Shown here one piece after another: positions 27,416 through 40,722 of a stretch of DNA of 64,000 nt. The notes below the pieces were generated by a model. The model saw nothing but the letters and a program-made list of their open reading frames with translations, did no database searches and was not told the DNA's origin. The position numbers and the translations under genes were made by a program. The first letter of the stretch is position 1. Every line of letters starts with the position of its first letter. Source of the DNA: Bigelowiella natans CCMP2755 (lineage: Eukaryota; Protista; Cercozoa); NCBI GenBank assembly GCA_000320545.1, contig ADNK01000505.1, positions 1 to 64,000 of the forward strand, written 5' to 3'.

Positions 27416-28767
27416 GTCTCTATTTGTTGCAAGCATGCTGTACGTGTGTGCTTGTCGAAGTGTAATATCCTGCATATCTGGTGGTGCTGTTGGTTTACAT
27501 GAATTCCAATTTGTATCCTCTCACCTGTTTTTGTTCGATATTGTTTTGTCCATGTCCGGTTGTTTCTTGGTACGAATGGATTACTACTACTATTATTTTT
27601 CACCACATTGAAGGCAGCAGCAGGTCCCATTTTTCTTTGAAATCTTTCTCGCTCTTTGAGAAGCTTTGCTAGTCTATGAATGAATAAATAATGATGTGAC
27701 TACTACTCCCGTGTAATATTGATATCTACCATTTATAGACTTCCCACAGCAACATCGGTCATTGTTGTTTTTAGACAGAAAGAAAGAGATATACTACCTC
27801 CTAGCCTTTTTCTTCTGGCGAGCTGTTGGTTGTTCCTAGATGATGAAGAAGAATCACTAATATAACCAAGTCCTATTATACTTTCATTTGTGCCGCCAAG
27901 TTATGATTAGTTGATTTAGATTGCCTGGTTTTCATCATTATCATCATCGTGTCCCTGTTGTTCCCTTTGCTGCTTTTGCTTCGCTCGAATCCTGTTGAGT
28001 TTCTTCAACGCAGCGTTTGTATCAGGCAGACCAGTCTGTTGTGTTCTAGACGACCGCAGCTCCTTTGCAGCATCAGCAGCGCGAAGGCTGGCGAGGTATG
28101 ACTCAACGTCTGCCTTTGAGTCAAAATGAGGCGTTAAAAAAATCGTTGTCTTATAATAACAATTACTACCTTAAGTTGCTTTCGCTTAATAGCTTCTGCT
28201 GCTGCTGCTGGCACACTTTCTCTCTATATGAACGGATTTCATTTAGAGAAGATGACGTCAGTTAAGGAGGAGGAAAAGATGATGACTACAAAAGCAGAAA
28301 ACATGTACATGCAGCAGATTTCGCTGGATGTTGTTAATCCTAGCCTTGATATAAGATAATTTTCGGAGCTTTGGTTATTTAAACACCACACGGTACCACT
28401 TAACTTTGCATTCCCTCTTTTAAACAATTTCTCTCCATTAATATCAACTTATCATATGAGGACATCATTGGAAACACAAATAGCAGGATCACTGTTTGTA
28501 ATCAGAAGCAACCGATTGGGTTCGACGTCCCCCCCTCATTCTGAGCAATGATGGCACTAGTATACTGTTCTCGAGAAGGTGAGAGTGATCTTGGTGAATC
28601 GAAAGAAGAGGCATGGATAGGGCTGCTAGGAGGTAATAATAAGGCCATAGGAGCTGTCTGGCCCAACAACCAGCTGCCATCCGGGCAGGACACGTCATCT
28701 GGCACACAGATAGGATCGATCGATCGATCGAGCTGTTGTTGTTGTTGTTGCGCGGGAGTGTTCTCAT
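26179..28767 (-). CDS. Hypothetical multi-exon protein with signal-like leader ending in LRMRGG
   Basis: First exon has hydrophobic LLWPYYYLLAALSMPLLSI then SLLRMRGG. Downstream in-phase exons include ADVESYLASLRAADAAKELR and RPLKDFLNECKEFNG|LTESACNEIEKNHHGDN|LVSFMKNLNNGVILNTYYDAVGK|YVENLDDGLKFALFVRIK|MELNWFRKH. Family not recognised; 3' end tentative. Confidence 0.55.
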
Positions 28768-29957
28768 AATCCATGTAAGGAGTCCTAGACATATCTCAGG
28801 AGTACATATTTTAGTACAACAACAACAACAATAACAACAACAACAACGAAGAATATCAGGAGAAAGTTAGATCTAGATCTAGACATCCAACCATATTTTT
28901 TCTTGGACGAAGCAGTTGTCTAGGCGACTTAAATAAACATGTGAAGTTCATATTTAGATCTATTGCATTCCGCATTTCTGCCTAAAAAATAAATACTTTT
29001 TCACCGCATCATTGTATACCCCTTATTACGCTTCAAAAGGGGGTAGGCAGACAATGACGCGGACATAAAAGAAAATAATACTTGCACACATTTCTCCATA
29101 AAAGTAATCCATTTTTTACTTTAAAACACGCTTAATCGTTGCATATTAGTAAAAAGGGAGTAGAACAAAAGGATCACAATAAAAAAAAGAATCAGCGGAT
29201 AGGAAGCACCCTATGGAAGATGTGGCGGCCCACCCCTACTTCTTCCATTTTCGAGTAAATGATCTGTTTTTTGAAGTAAAATGCCATGGTTTCGGACTTC
29301 TTGTAGCCTGTACTTACTTCAAATAATTTTTCGTACATCCAAGTTCAGACCAAATATTTCCCATGAATGGATTTAACGTGTATTTAAATCCTATTTTACA
29401 TATAACGACAATAGTTCCATAGACTCTTACTAATTATTTAAATGAATTCTTCTCATGATAGCATGTCAATTATTCAGAGTATAAGACTTATTTATATTTT
29501 TCATCCTCAATTTCAGAGATATTTTAAGTCGTATAAAAAACATACGCTGGAATAATTTATAAAGACATTGGTATTATCGCTTAAAATGTTTAATTGAAAG
29601 GAGAACTGTCTCCTTTGGGATACAGGTTATTCTGAAAATAAAAAAGCCAAAGAAATAGCTTTCTCCACTGCCCCCCCTCCTCAAAAGGTGCAGTAACCGA
29701 GATAACGTATCGCGAATCGCCACAGGTATCATCTAAGTTTGAGAAGAACGAACATGTCAGAATAAGAGAAAGTATCTATGATTTATGCCACAATACTCTT
29801 CGCCTGAATAGCTCTAGCCCTATTTACACTCTCATGCGGGCTTTTTCCTTCCCGCCATGCAAATGCCTAGAAGTGGAATGAAATCTTGAGTAATCAAAAA
29901 CTATTGGGCTCTTCACGTAACTAAATTGAATCTTTTGTTTTGCAAATAGTAATTGAA

Positions 29958-30913
29958 ATGAATGTGCCCCCGGCGGATAACATGTCTGCAAACCTTGGGA
30001 AGCGCAAGCGCACTCGCATGGTAACAAAGAAACGAAAGCGCCTGAAACGTCCAAGAAAGCCTAAAACTGCCTACAACTTTTACCAACTGACAGTTCGTCA
30101 GAGCGTCTGTCAAGAGGTAATTTTTTTTCCAGATTATCATGTCTATATATTATTAATGCTTACCTTCCAGGTTTGGGATCTAATTGGGAGGCAAGTAGAT
30201 AGGGTTTTGCACAATGAGCATGTAGCTCGGATTATTGGTCGAAGATGGCGCGCGATGCCAGAGGAGCAGAGAAGGGTCTTTCAGCAGATGGCAGATCAGG
30301 TAATTTTTACGTGGTGCATAGGCCAGAGATAGTTATTTGCTGACTTAGCTATTTGCTCAGGATAAATATCGCTATAAGCAAGAAAAAGATCAGTATGATA
30401 ACATGCTACGTGCGACACTAAATTCTGACGAAGTTGATGGTGAAAGTGGACAATCCGGGCCGGCAGGGGCTCCTGGACCGGTTGCACCTATTCCTGCGCA
30501 TCAGCCTTATCCCAATAACGGTGTTCATTCCATTCACCAAAACCTCCCCGTTCAAAGTACAAAGTATCAAATTCCTCAGCAACAACTGCCGACACAGCCA
30601 TTGATGCAGCACGCAGGCATGATACATGGGGGTCTTATACAAAATGGCGCCCAAATTCGAGGAGGATTATCCGGTGGGATTCCGCTTCAAGGCCCTACCA
30701 TGCAAGCAGTGGACCCGGCGGTTGCTGCTCAGCATAGAGCAGCGTACGCGGCAGCAGCTGCCGCCGCTGCTGCAACGAATATCAATTATCCTAGTCCGAG
30801 CGTCGCAATGGCGATGCATTCAGGAAGACAGGACAGGAAAGGACAACAGCAGCCACACCACACTCAATATGCTACCTACCCGACATCCTCGACGCAGACA
30901 TATGTCTCCTTAA

Positions 30914-30963
<50 letters not shown>

Positions 30964-31422
30964 CAACAACCTGCTATAACTGCCCGACTCGGAACTCAGG
31001 GAAGAGAATATGTAACAGATCAGGATGGAAGAGTAATAAATGTGAAGCAGCAGGGCCCTTTTATCCCCCCAATATCAGCCATATCGATGCAATCGAGGAA
31101 GGTTGATAATCCACAAGATGGGAAGAATGGGAAGACAGTGGATTCCAAAGAAATGCTGAAAGTTGGAGTTGCTGCAGCCCAGGTTCAGAGGAAAATGCCA
31201 GAAGGAAATTTGATGCCAAGGATCGGTTCTAATGGCAATCTTCAAATAGTCCCAGCTACTTTTGGTACAGCTTCAGCTGCTACTATGAAAAGAACAGATA
31301 GTGCAAATAGCTTAACAAGAATTGGGAGCGGTACATCTCTATTTATGCTCCCTGGAACAAATTCATTTCCCAGGACTCCTAGTTATCCGATGCTGCCACA
31401 AATTGACTTCGGCGGTCCATAG
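29958..31422 (+). CDS. HMG-box DNA-binding protein with Gln/Pro/Ala-rich C-terminal region (3 exons)
   Basis: PRKPKTAYNFYQ...VARIIGRRWRAMPEEQRRVFQQMADQ|DKYRYKQEKDQY is a canonical HMG box. Two short introns (about 30117-30170 and 30300-30360), a basic NLS-like stretch, and poly-Ala and poly-Gln (about 30916-30969) tracts. Confidence 0.9.
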
Positions 31423-31879
31423 TTGATAAATTCGGTAGAATCGATTAATTGAAGACTCCAGTAAAATGAATGGTTCGTCGGTCAATGTGCAGCCTGTGTT
31501 GTGTGACATCGCTGCGTCAAATAACATGTTATGATCAAGGGTGAATAATAGCATGGCTAGATGGAGGCTACTTCCACACTTTGGCGTGCTAGCGTGCATG
31601 CGCTGTCTTTCGCATGGCTAGCTAGCTAGACTCTCTACTGATCCTGCGGCAATGCAATGGAATTGTTGCAGATTTTCCACTAGATCCTACAGAGCGATGC
31701 AGCTATACCTGTGTGCAGTGTGCAGGTGCTGCCATGCGTCGTGTGAGCTGCATGCTCGTCGCAACGCGAACTTCGTGCTCCAGTCTAGTAGTCTAGTAGT
31801 GCTGGCTGCTCATCGTTCTGCCAGTCTGCACTAGTGCATGATCTCATAGCTAGCTAGTAGCTAGCTAGAGTGCATGACA

Positions 31880-32450
31880 GAGGACGCATCACTTTGAAAT
31901 GAAAAATCTAGAACTTTGAATTTTTCATCCACAGTTGAATGCACTTTTCAGCTTTCTGTGGCTTTTGTCACATGAAGACACATCCTGTTGAAACTGCTGC
32001 TGGAATCGGGGCGGTCTAGCGGTGAAGAAGGCGGCCATGCAAAGATCGAGAGACACTCGGATTTGGAAGGGCATGTTGTTCTCATCATTTTTGATCTCCC
32101 AGCTAGCCAGAGGGAAGTTCATGTGGAGGCAAAGACTGCGTCAAAGATTTTGCCTGCCAATCTAGCAATCCCGTGCAAAATCCAATGGGAAACAAGTTAG
32201 TGGAACATGGAAAAGTTGATGGTTCTGGAACTGGACAAAAATTATAGGAAACTGCCATTCCATGATCCACGAAAAAATTTTGCTGCTAGATGTGGGCAAT
32301 GCTAGAATGGCGTGATCTAGGTGATGCTCCCCTGGCGATGATTTTTTTGCTGTCTTGGTGTCATTTTGACAAAGATCGTTTTGATGAAAGACGTGTGCTG
32401 TGCTTGGCATTTGTCACGTTGTTGTCATTCTAGCAATGCAGTTCAGCGTA
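31880..32450 (-). pseudogene. Possible decayed coding remnant (transposon or gene fragment) inside a convergent spacer
   Basis: Broken minus-strand ORFs with complex, protein-like composition (FPLASWEIKNDENNMPFQIRVSLD; GEHHLDHAILALP..KIFSWIMEWQF), no clear exon structure, flanked by TAGCTAGC runs. Confidence 0.25.
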
Positions 32451-32818
32451 GCAGTAGGTCGTCAGTGGGCAAAATTCATGTTCCGCAATTTTTCACACAT
32501 TGCTAGATTGGCTAACCTAGCAACGCGAACAGTGGGGAAATGAAATGTGGGGTGTGGTGTGCAGTCTGCTACTCATTTGCTAGATTGCACAAATCACAAC
32601 AATCTGTGCGACACGTGACAAGTCTAGCAGTCTAGCAGTGCTAGAGTGCTGACGCTGGTTTGACGTCATGGTCACGTTCATCACAGGGCCACTGTTCAAC
32701 AAGTCACATTCAGTTGCTACTCATCGCACTTGTTGACGTACGGCGATTTACTTGATCCATTCATTGCAGATGTTCGATGTCCAAGCAAGCATGAAAAGAC
32801 ACAATTGTTGTTCAGTCA

Positions 32819-34015
32819 TCAAGTAACGTTTATGCACAGTTTGATGTTCATAGCTCCTAGCTCAGCCGCCAGGTACGTAAACACATACGGCATGACGATT
32901 TTGTGGCAATTAGTAGATCCACACTGTCTGCATTTTATGACTGAACCTGACCATTAACATAATATTACAATATCGAAGGAGGAAGAACTATTATGTATGA
33001 AAATGTGCGAAACATGGTCGTCGTCTCCAAATCAAAGAGATGATGATGATGATGATGATGATGATGATCACCATCAGTGTTATTATGACTACTTTCCAGG
33101 TTTCCTCCCATTTCGGGGGCACTAGCAACCTTTGAGATTCCTAAAGTTGTTTGACGGAAGGAACAACTTAAATTAAGGCTAAATTACCCATTAACAAACA
33201 CAGTAATTCGTCGGAAGTGATTCCTTGATCATGTTGTTTGCTCAATTGCTTGCCGGCACCGGATTCAGGGCAGTTGATCTCATAGAACAGCACAAATGGC
33301 TAGTTTGTCACTGACCTTACGACATTCCTACAACTACTACTGCTACCACAACTACAACTACAATTACAACTACATCTACAACTACAAGTTCTCACCCAGG
33401 ATGCTTCCACAATCACCGCATACGTGGCAATTCGCATAGTCGGAACCCTCCACCAAGCGGTCGTACAGTAAGTAAGAACTACCATGAGCTAGCAATGAAT
33501 CTCGTTCCATCTCACCAAAACGAATGCCCCCATGGACCTGAAACATCATCATCATCATCATCGATTAGATTACATCAGGTATAAAAGCAGCAGCAGTAGT
33601 AGTAGTAGTAGCAGTAGTAGATCGGTGGTGAACCATCATGTCACCTTATTCTTCATGTTTGATATTAGTCTCTCCTCCTCCTCCTCCTTTTTTACCCTCT
33701 CATAACCACCACCAGCACCACCACACCATCATCACCACACCTTTCTTCCCTTTATCGGCTGTCGGGTGATTTTGTTTACAGGACCTGTACTCCTCACCTT
33801 CAGTGTGAGTGGTGTGGTGGGGGGAGGGAAGGGAAGGGGGGTGAACAATTCTTTTAATAGCCAAATTTACGTGCTTTTGAGTTGCAAAACACACCAAGTA
33901 CTACTGCTACTAACATAATACTGATCATCTTAATCATCATCATCATCATGGTTGAAATGACGACTGGACAAATCGACATTACAACAACACCTTGACACGA
34001 ACAATAACGATGTTG

Positions 34016-34048
<33 letters not shown>

Positions 34049-34565
34049 ATACTACTACTGTTTGTTTGTTGTTATTGATAAATTGTAATAAGAAGTGGCA
34101 GTAGCAGTAGTGGTAGCAGTAGTATACCTGAGACTTATCGCTAACCATATGTCTCAGTCGTTGATAATACACAACCCCAATAAAGATTTCTACGCATAAA
34201 CAAATAGATGATGATGATGATGATGATGATGATGTGATTGGTTGGGAAAAGTCACGATGACGACGACGAGTACAGGATGCTGCTGCTGCTGCCACCTGCT
34301 GTAAATGGTTCCCCTGTAAATCCACTGTATAAAGTCTCATTACCCATGTAGTTGTATCTGATGGGAGGAGGAGGAGGAGGAGGAAGATAATGATGATGCT
34401 GCTGCTGATGTTGATGTTGGTGATGACGAGGAAGAGAACTTCGATTAATTATATTGTATTTTCTTTGTATTCTATATGTGTATGTATTACTGAATTCCCT
34501 CAAAAATGTGCAGTAGGTCTAATTATACTACCATCTGAAAGCTAATTTTATGCCACTACTATTAC

Positions 34566-34599
<34 letters not shown>

Positions 34600-34916
34600 T
34601 CCTATACTAAAGCAAATAGCATACAAACAGTGCGTGCACATGTATGCGGTGACGCAAAAAAATTTTCATCAACAACCCCGCAGCAGCCAATTGCTCGCCT
34701 AAGAAATAGTTATTATAATTAATTAATTGATATGCAGCAAATTTAACCAAGCTTTCTCTTTGTATGGTGATGATGACGATGATGATGATGATAGTACTAC
34801 AAGTAGTAGTAGTACCAAAATAGTCAACTGCACGATCAGACTCAGAGAATTGGAAAGGAGTAGCATCCTGGTCTATTCCATGCATAGCACCTATGGAATG
34901 AATTATGAAGAGAGAG

Positions 34917-34970
<54 letters not shown>

Positions 34971-35388
34971 TTTCATCCTTACAAATAATAACACATCGGA
35001 ACACGAACAACGTGTATCTTATATATATTTAGTTATTACCAGCCTTCCCGGCTATGCTTTCGATAAGCATACCTAAGAGGGAGGGAAAGGAGGAGGTAGT
35101 AAGCTAGATGATGTGCAGGCATAATAGAGAAGGGAAAATAAGAACAAGAAGAAGAAGAAGAAGGATAACGAGGAATTAAGTAGGACGGCCACAAGCCACA
35201 AGGAAGACGACAAATAGATTCTATTACTACCAATACAATTACTACTTCAGATTTATTATTTCTCTTTACTTTCAAACCTCCTCCTCCTCCTTCTTCTTCT
35301 TCTCATAATCATCATTTTAATTTTATAATATCAAGGTAAATTGTCTATAGTCATTATCATCCAGAGCCCATCTCTCTCTCTCTGTGTA

Positions 35389-35428
<40 letters not shown>

Positions 35429-35809
35429 TCACGCCGTGTGGATGTGCCATAGTATAGTAATAACAATCACATTAAACTGGTGATGGTGGTAGAGGTAGTA
35501 GTAGTAGTAGTACCAATAGTCATTCTTGAAGGAAATGCGTGCGGATTGATAATAATATCTGGTTGCATCCCTGTCACACAAGAAACAACCAAGCTCATCA
35601 TCGTCGTCATCATCATCCTCATCATCTTCCCCCTCCTCCTCCTCCTCCTCCTCCTCCTTCTCCAAACCTGATTCTGAGAAAGGCATATCCGTTGCTGGGA
35701 ATAAGCGCGACATAACACCTACGATGTACCATCATCAAACCATGCGATATGATGGTGATTGTCAAGGATTACAAAGTAGCAATACTGATAATGACAAATA
35801 ACTATTGGG

Positions 35810-35852
<43 letters not shown>

Positions 35853-37287
35853 GACTATTGGTGATGTTGGTGGCATGGCAATGCTACTGCTAGTGATACA
35901 CCACCACACCCTTTTGGCCATGTCGAGAGGAAAACTTATCTCCAATAACCTGATGAAGAAAAAGGAGGAGGAGGGGAAGGAGGAGGATGAGAATGATGAA
36001 TGACTACATACAGTATTTCTTTCTCATCTACTACTACTACTACTACTACTGCTGCTGCTACTCTGTGACGACATAGCCCTTCATCGGTCCACTTTAACTC
36101 TTATTTACCAACCATTCAAGCACTACTCATTGATGTTTATCATGTTTGAGAGTTGATAATATAAGGAAAGGAGGACCTATCAAACTACCACTACTACTAC
36201 TACTACTACTATTACGGACAGGGTTGCGGTTGAGAAGTAGTTTTACTCCTATCTTGGAGACATTATTTCTTCGATTCTGAGAATAATAAATAATAACAGT
36301 AGCAGCAGTAGTAATAATAATGCGCCAATGGTAAAAGACGACACTAGCATTTATTTGTCTGCTACACAGAACGAAGAAAGCATATTTATTCTCAGATATA
36401 TTTGTACTTTTGATCTGTTTGATAATGATGATGATGATGATGACTTTTGGATATTGATGCTATAGCAACAACAACTCAACTAATCTACTAACCCTGAGTA
36501 AGACTCGCACTTCCTGAACAATACACTTTTCTGTGACACCTTTTAGCTTCACTAATCAATTACAAAAAACAATAGTTTGTTAGATCAATATTGGATGCAT
36601 TATCTACATTACAATAGTATGTAAGATCAATTTTGAATGCAGGGTAGATAATGAGCAAACAATAATGATGATTCAATGTTAATGATATATGTCTACTATA
36701 TATTAACGACATTTAATGACTATCATCATCATCATCAGCAGCAGCAGCAACAAGCATCATTATTTCCATACACCACCTATGATTTTCCTCTTCCTTAGGT
36801 TGTCAATAATACCTGCATCATCATGTAATTTTAAGTGGTAGGACTACAACGAGTATGCTCATTTTAATTCGCTTTGTTAGTCATTTCTTTGATGTTTACG
36901 CGGTATATGACATGACAAGAATAGGACAACAATTTGGTGACTGACTGACTGACTCACATTGTGCATAAATGAGTAATAGCAAGGTCTTAATAAATACATA
37001 GAATACGCAGTAGTACATGCGAGAGGCTCTCCAGGCTTAACAGTCATTCCGACTTTGGGAAGGCCTGAATCATAATAATCATAATAATAAACCACAATAA
37101 CAACAAATGCATCATCAAACAAGAGCTTAGCTTAAATTATGATGATGATGATGACCACAACGCTACCCCCCCCTTCTCTCTTACCGTCGAGATCCAGAGA
37201 TTCTACCAGCTTCCTCTTTCCTCCCCTCTTTTGATTATTTCTGATTGTTTGGTTGTGTCATCATATTGTTAATTCAGACGGAATATA

Positions 37288-37319
<32 letters not shown>

Positions 37320-37559
37320 CATGAGAGTAATGTTTGATGATCTAGGCAATTAATTAATAAAATCCCATATATGAGTGGTGGTTAGAGTTAGTTGCTGGTA
37401 CTGACGTTTTGTTCATCGTTGGAAAGCAATTTCCGAAGTGATGGTATGACTCCTCACCTGGCAAAGAAACAGTGCATCACCATCATACTGAACCCTCACC
37501 ACCGTTGTCGCGGTGTTATAATTATAATCATCATCATCATCATCATTATCATCATCAGC

Positions 37560-37592
<33 letters not shown>

Positions 37593-38588
37593 ATAATAAT
37601 GGTGATATTGTAGGTTGGCAGGTTATGATAAATTACCACGATCAAAATGATCAGTGATATCAACGGTCTTGAATTTATACACAGAGCCTACATTGTGATA
37701 ATGAATGATGATGATCATAGTTAGGATATAGTTCATCATAAATAATCATGATGATAATAATAATAATAATAATAATAATAATAGCAAAGCTTCTAGACCA
37801 ATGTAGATAATGAAAGAAAATGAAAGAGTCGCAATTAATGAGAATTGTGTGTTACGATATATAATGATGATGATGAATGATGATGATGACCATGGCCAAA
37901 ACCACGCTCATAAGCCGATTTGTTAATTATCATAGCGTCTTCCATATCGTAGCCCTGAAAAGAGGAAATAGAAGAAGAAGAAGAAGAAGAAGAAGAAGAA
38001 GATCAAAGACCAAAGAGTAAGAAGTCATATTGGGAAGAATACAAGAAAGAATTAACAGTATATGATGTATTTGTATGATTCAGATTATTGAGTTATTGAG
38101 TGTTTGATTGATTGATTAGTGTTACCGTGTACGCAAGAACAGCTACAACAGCATTGCAACCAATTGGGTACTCATCCATGCCGTATAGTGTCAAATTCTG
38201 AGCATCATTATGATGATTATGATGATTATTATGATGATGATGATGATAAATGATGATGATTGATGAAGCAGCAGTAGTAGTAGTAGTAGTACCTTGTTTC
38301 TCACGATAGGCCTTTGTGGTGTTTGGAGACGATATAATGTATTGTCACTCCTGATTTCAAAGACGAAGAATAACATCTTGTTATATCAACGGAGTAGTAT
38401 ATCACATATAAAGAGATACAGTTAGTTACATGAATACGTAAGAAACACAGTATATTAACATACCTATCTGGAAACGAGTGGAGTGGGTGTCCCATACTTT
38501 GTTTACCTGTGGTTGTTGTTGTTGATGATGATGATCATCATCATTTATTGTTGTAAGAAGTAGCAATAAATCATCGATCAATACTGTC

Positions 38589-38628
<40 letters not shown>

Positions 38629-38863
38629 GTGAGCTCTGATTACCCATCTGGCACTGATACATATTCCTTGGACTTTGGTTGAAATCACTGAAAGGCGTAA
38701 GGGAAGCTACCAAACTCAGCATGTAGGCAGGGTTGATCTCTTGATGGGAAAATGAGCCTCCCTGACCAACAGCAAGAACAAACAAAAATAAGATGAAGAA
38801 CAAACAAGTACAGAACAAAAAGATTAAGAAAGTACTGTACAAACGCATACACAACACACACAC

Positions 38864-38906
<43 letters not shown>

Positions 38907-38958
38907 TTAGCAGTAATAACGGACGAAGAAAAATGTAACTTTTATTTAGCATACACGT

Positions 38959-39019
<61 letters not shown>

Positions 39020-39526
39020 TGTGTGCGTGTGTTGTGCATCAATTCTTTCTGTTTCTGTTTTTCTCCTCTTCTTTTCCATCATCAAATGCAAATCAGGGTT
39101 GGTTATCATCGGTTGCATTTGAACAGCTTCTGCTGCTGCTAATGGTGTCGTCGTCTATTTGCTGTGTTGCCTATCTTCTTCTTCTTCTTCTTCTTCTTCT
39201 TCTGTCGTCTTGTAGCTCTATATATTTTTTCTATCAAGCTATGCTATTTTCATATTATGCTGCTGCTGCTGCTGCTGTTGTGGCCCTTTATGTTGATGTC
39301 ATCACCATGTATGAGTGTTAGTTGTTGTTGTTGTTGTTGTTGTTGTTCGTACGTCTTGAAAGTCTTCTTCTGTGCAAGCTATAGCCATAAAACACTGTTC
39401 CATAGGCCCCACCCACTCAATTGCTGCTTTAGGCGGAAGAAGAACATCGCTTGCGAAATCTTCCCTTTCTCGTTGATTGTAGTACGTCTCCCAATTTACC
39501 CTATTATCATCGATGTCTTGTTCCAT

Positions 39527-39558
<32 letters not shown>

Positions 39559-39726
39559 GAGGAGTAGGATGAGAAGAAGACGACGATGATCCCCCCTTAG
39601 ATGTGGAAATCTTCAGATTATAAATCTAACAACAAAAAACAACAACGTTAAAACAAAATACAGCTATATTCCATGTCAACGGAGAGAATATTAAGAAAAA
39701 ATGAAGATACGTGGACAAGATTGACG

Positions 39727-39763
<37 letters not shown>

Positions 39764-39875
39764 TGTGTGTGTTTTCTTCTTATATATCTTCTATTTCTTG
39801 TTGTGTTGTTGGATATGTGCAGCTTTGTGTCCTTCTTCTTCTTCTTCTTCTTCTTCTATATGCAGCAGCCATTAG

Positions 39876-39912
<37 letters not shown>

Positions 39913-40651
39913 GAGCAACCGGACGGATGAAACGAGCAGGAGTAGTAGCAAGGTATATGCCTTTGATGATGATGATTCAATAACAACACAACAATCTTTG
40001 GTTAGCGGTTAGACTCTCTCTCTCTCTCTCATTCTCACACATATATCATCATCTATTATTGCTCAGACAACTGCAACCTGTTTTTATGTCAACTTAATGA
40101 CTACTATTCATTCTCATATATATATTACTATAAGTACCATTTCACACAGTGTGACACATCATCATTGCTACTGTAAACACCACCACTTAACAACAACAAC
40201 AACAACAATAACTACCTGGGAAGACCCTGTCACTTAAATCCTAAAAGATAATTAAATAAATAAACAACAATGTGTGACTACTAGCATTGGTGATGGGAAA
40301 AAAACAACAACAATAACAATAACAACAACAACAATCGTCCTTATATATTTACATACACTCATATATACATACTAATGAGATAACAACGACCGACAATTAA
40401 ATACGAGGACAAATAAGAAGAAAAGGATTATGATGAAATAAAGAGATGTAGTAGTATTAGCAGCAGCATAATAAGCACACACCTTGATGATAACAGCTTC
40501 TAAATGGAAGGGAATCAACTCATCTCTTTCAATCTTCAGTTTTCTGATAGATGATGATGGTAAAGAGAGACAGACACGCACACACACACACACATACACA
40601 CACACATAAAGAGTTACGTACGTACGTAGTACGACAATAATGTTTATGTTT

Positions 40652-40684
<33 letters not shown>

Positions 40685-40687
40685 CAC

Positions 40688-40722
<35 letters not shown>

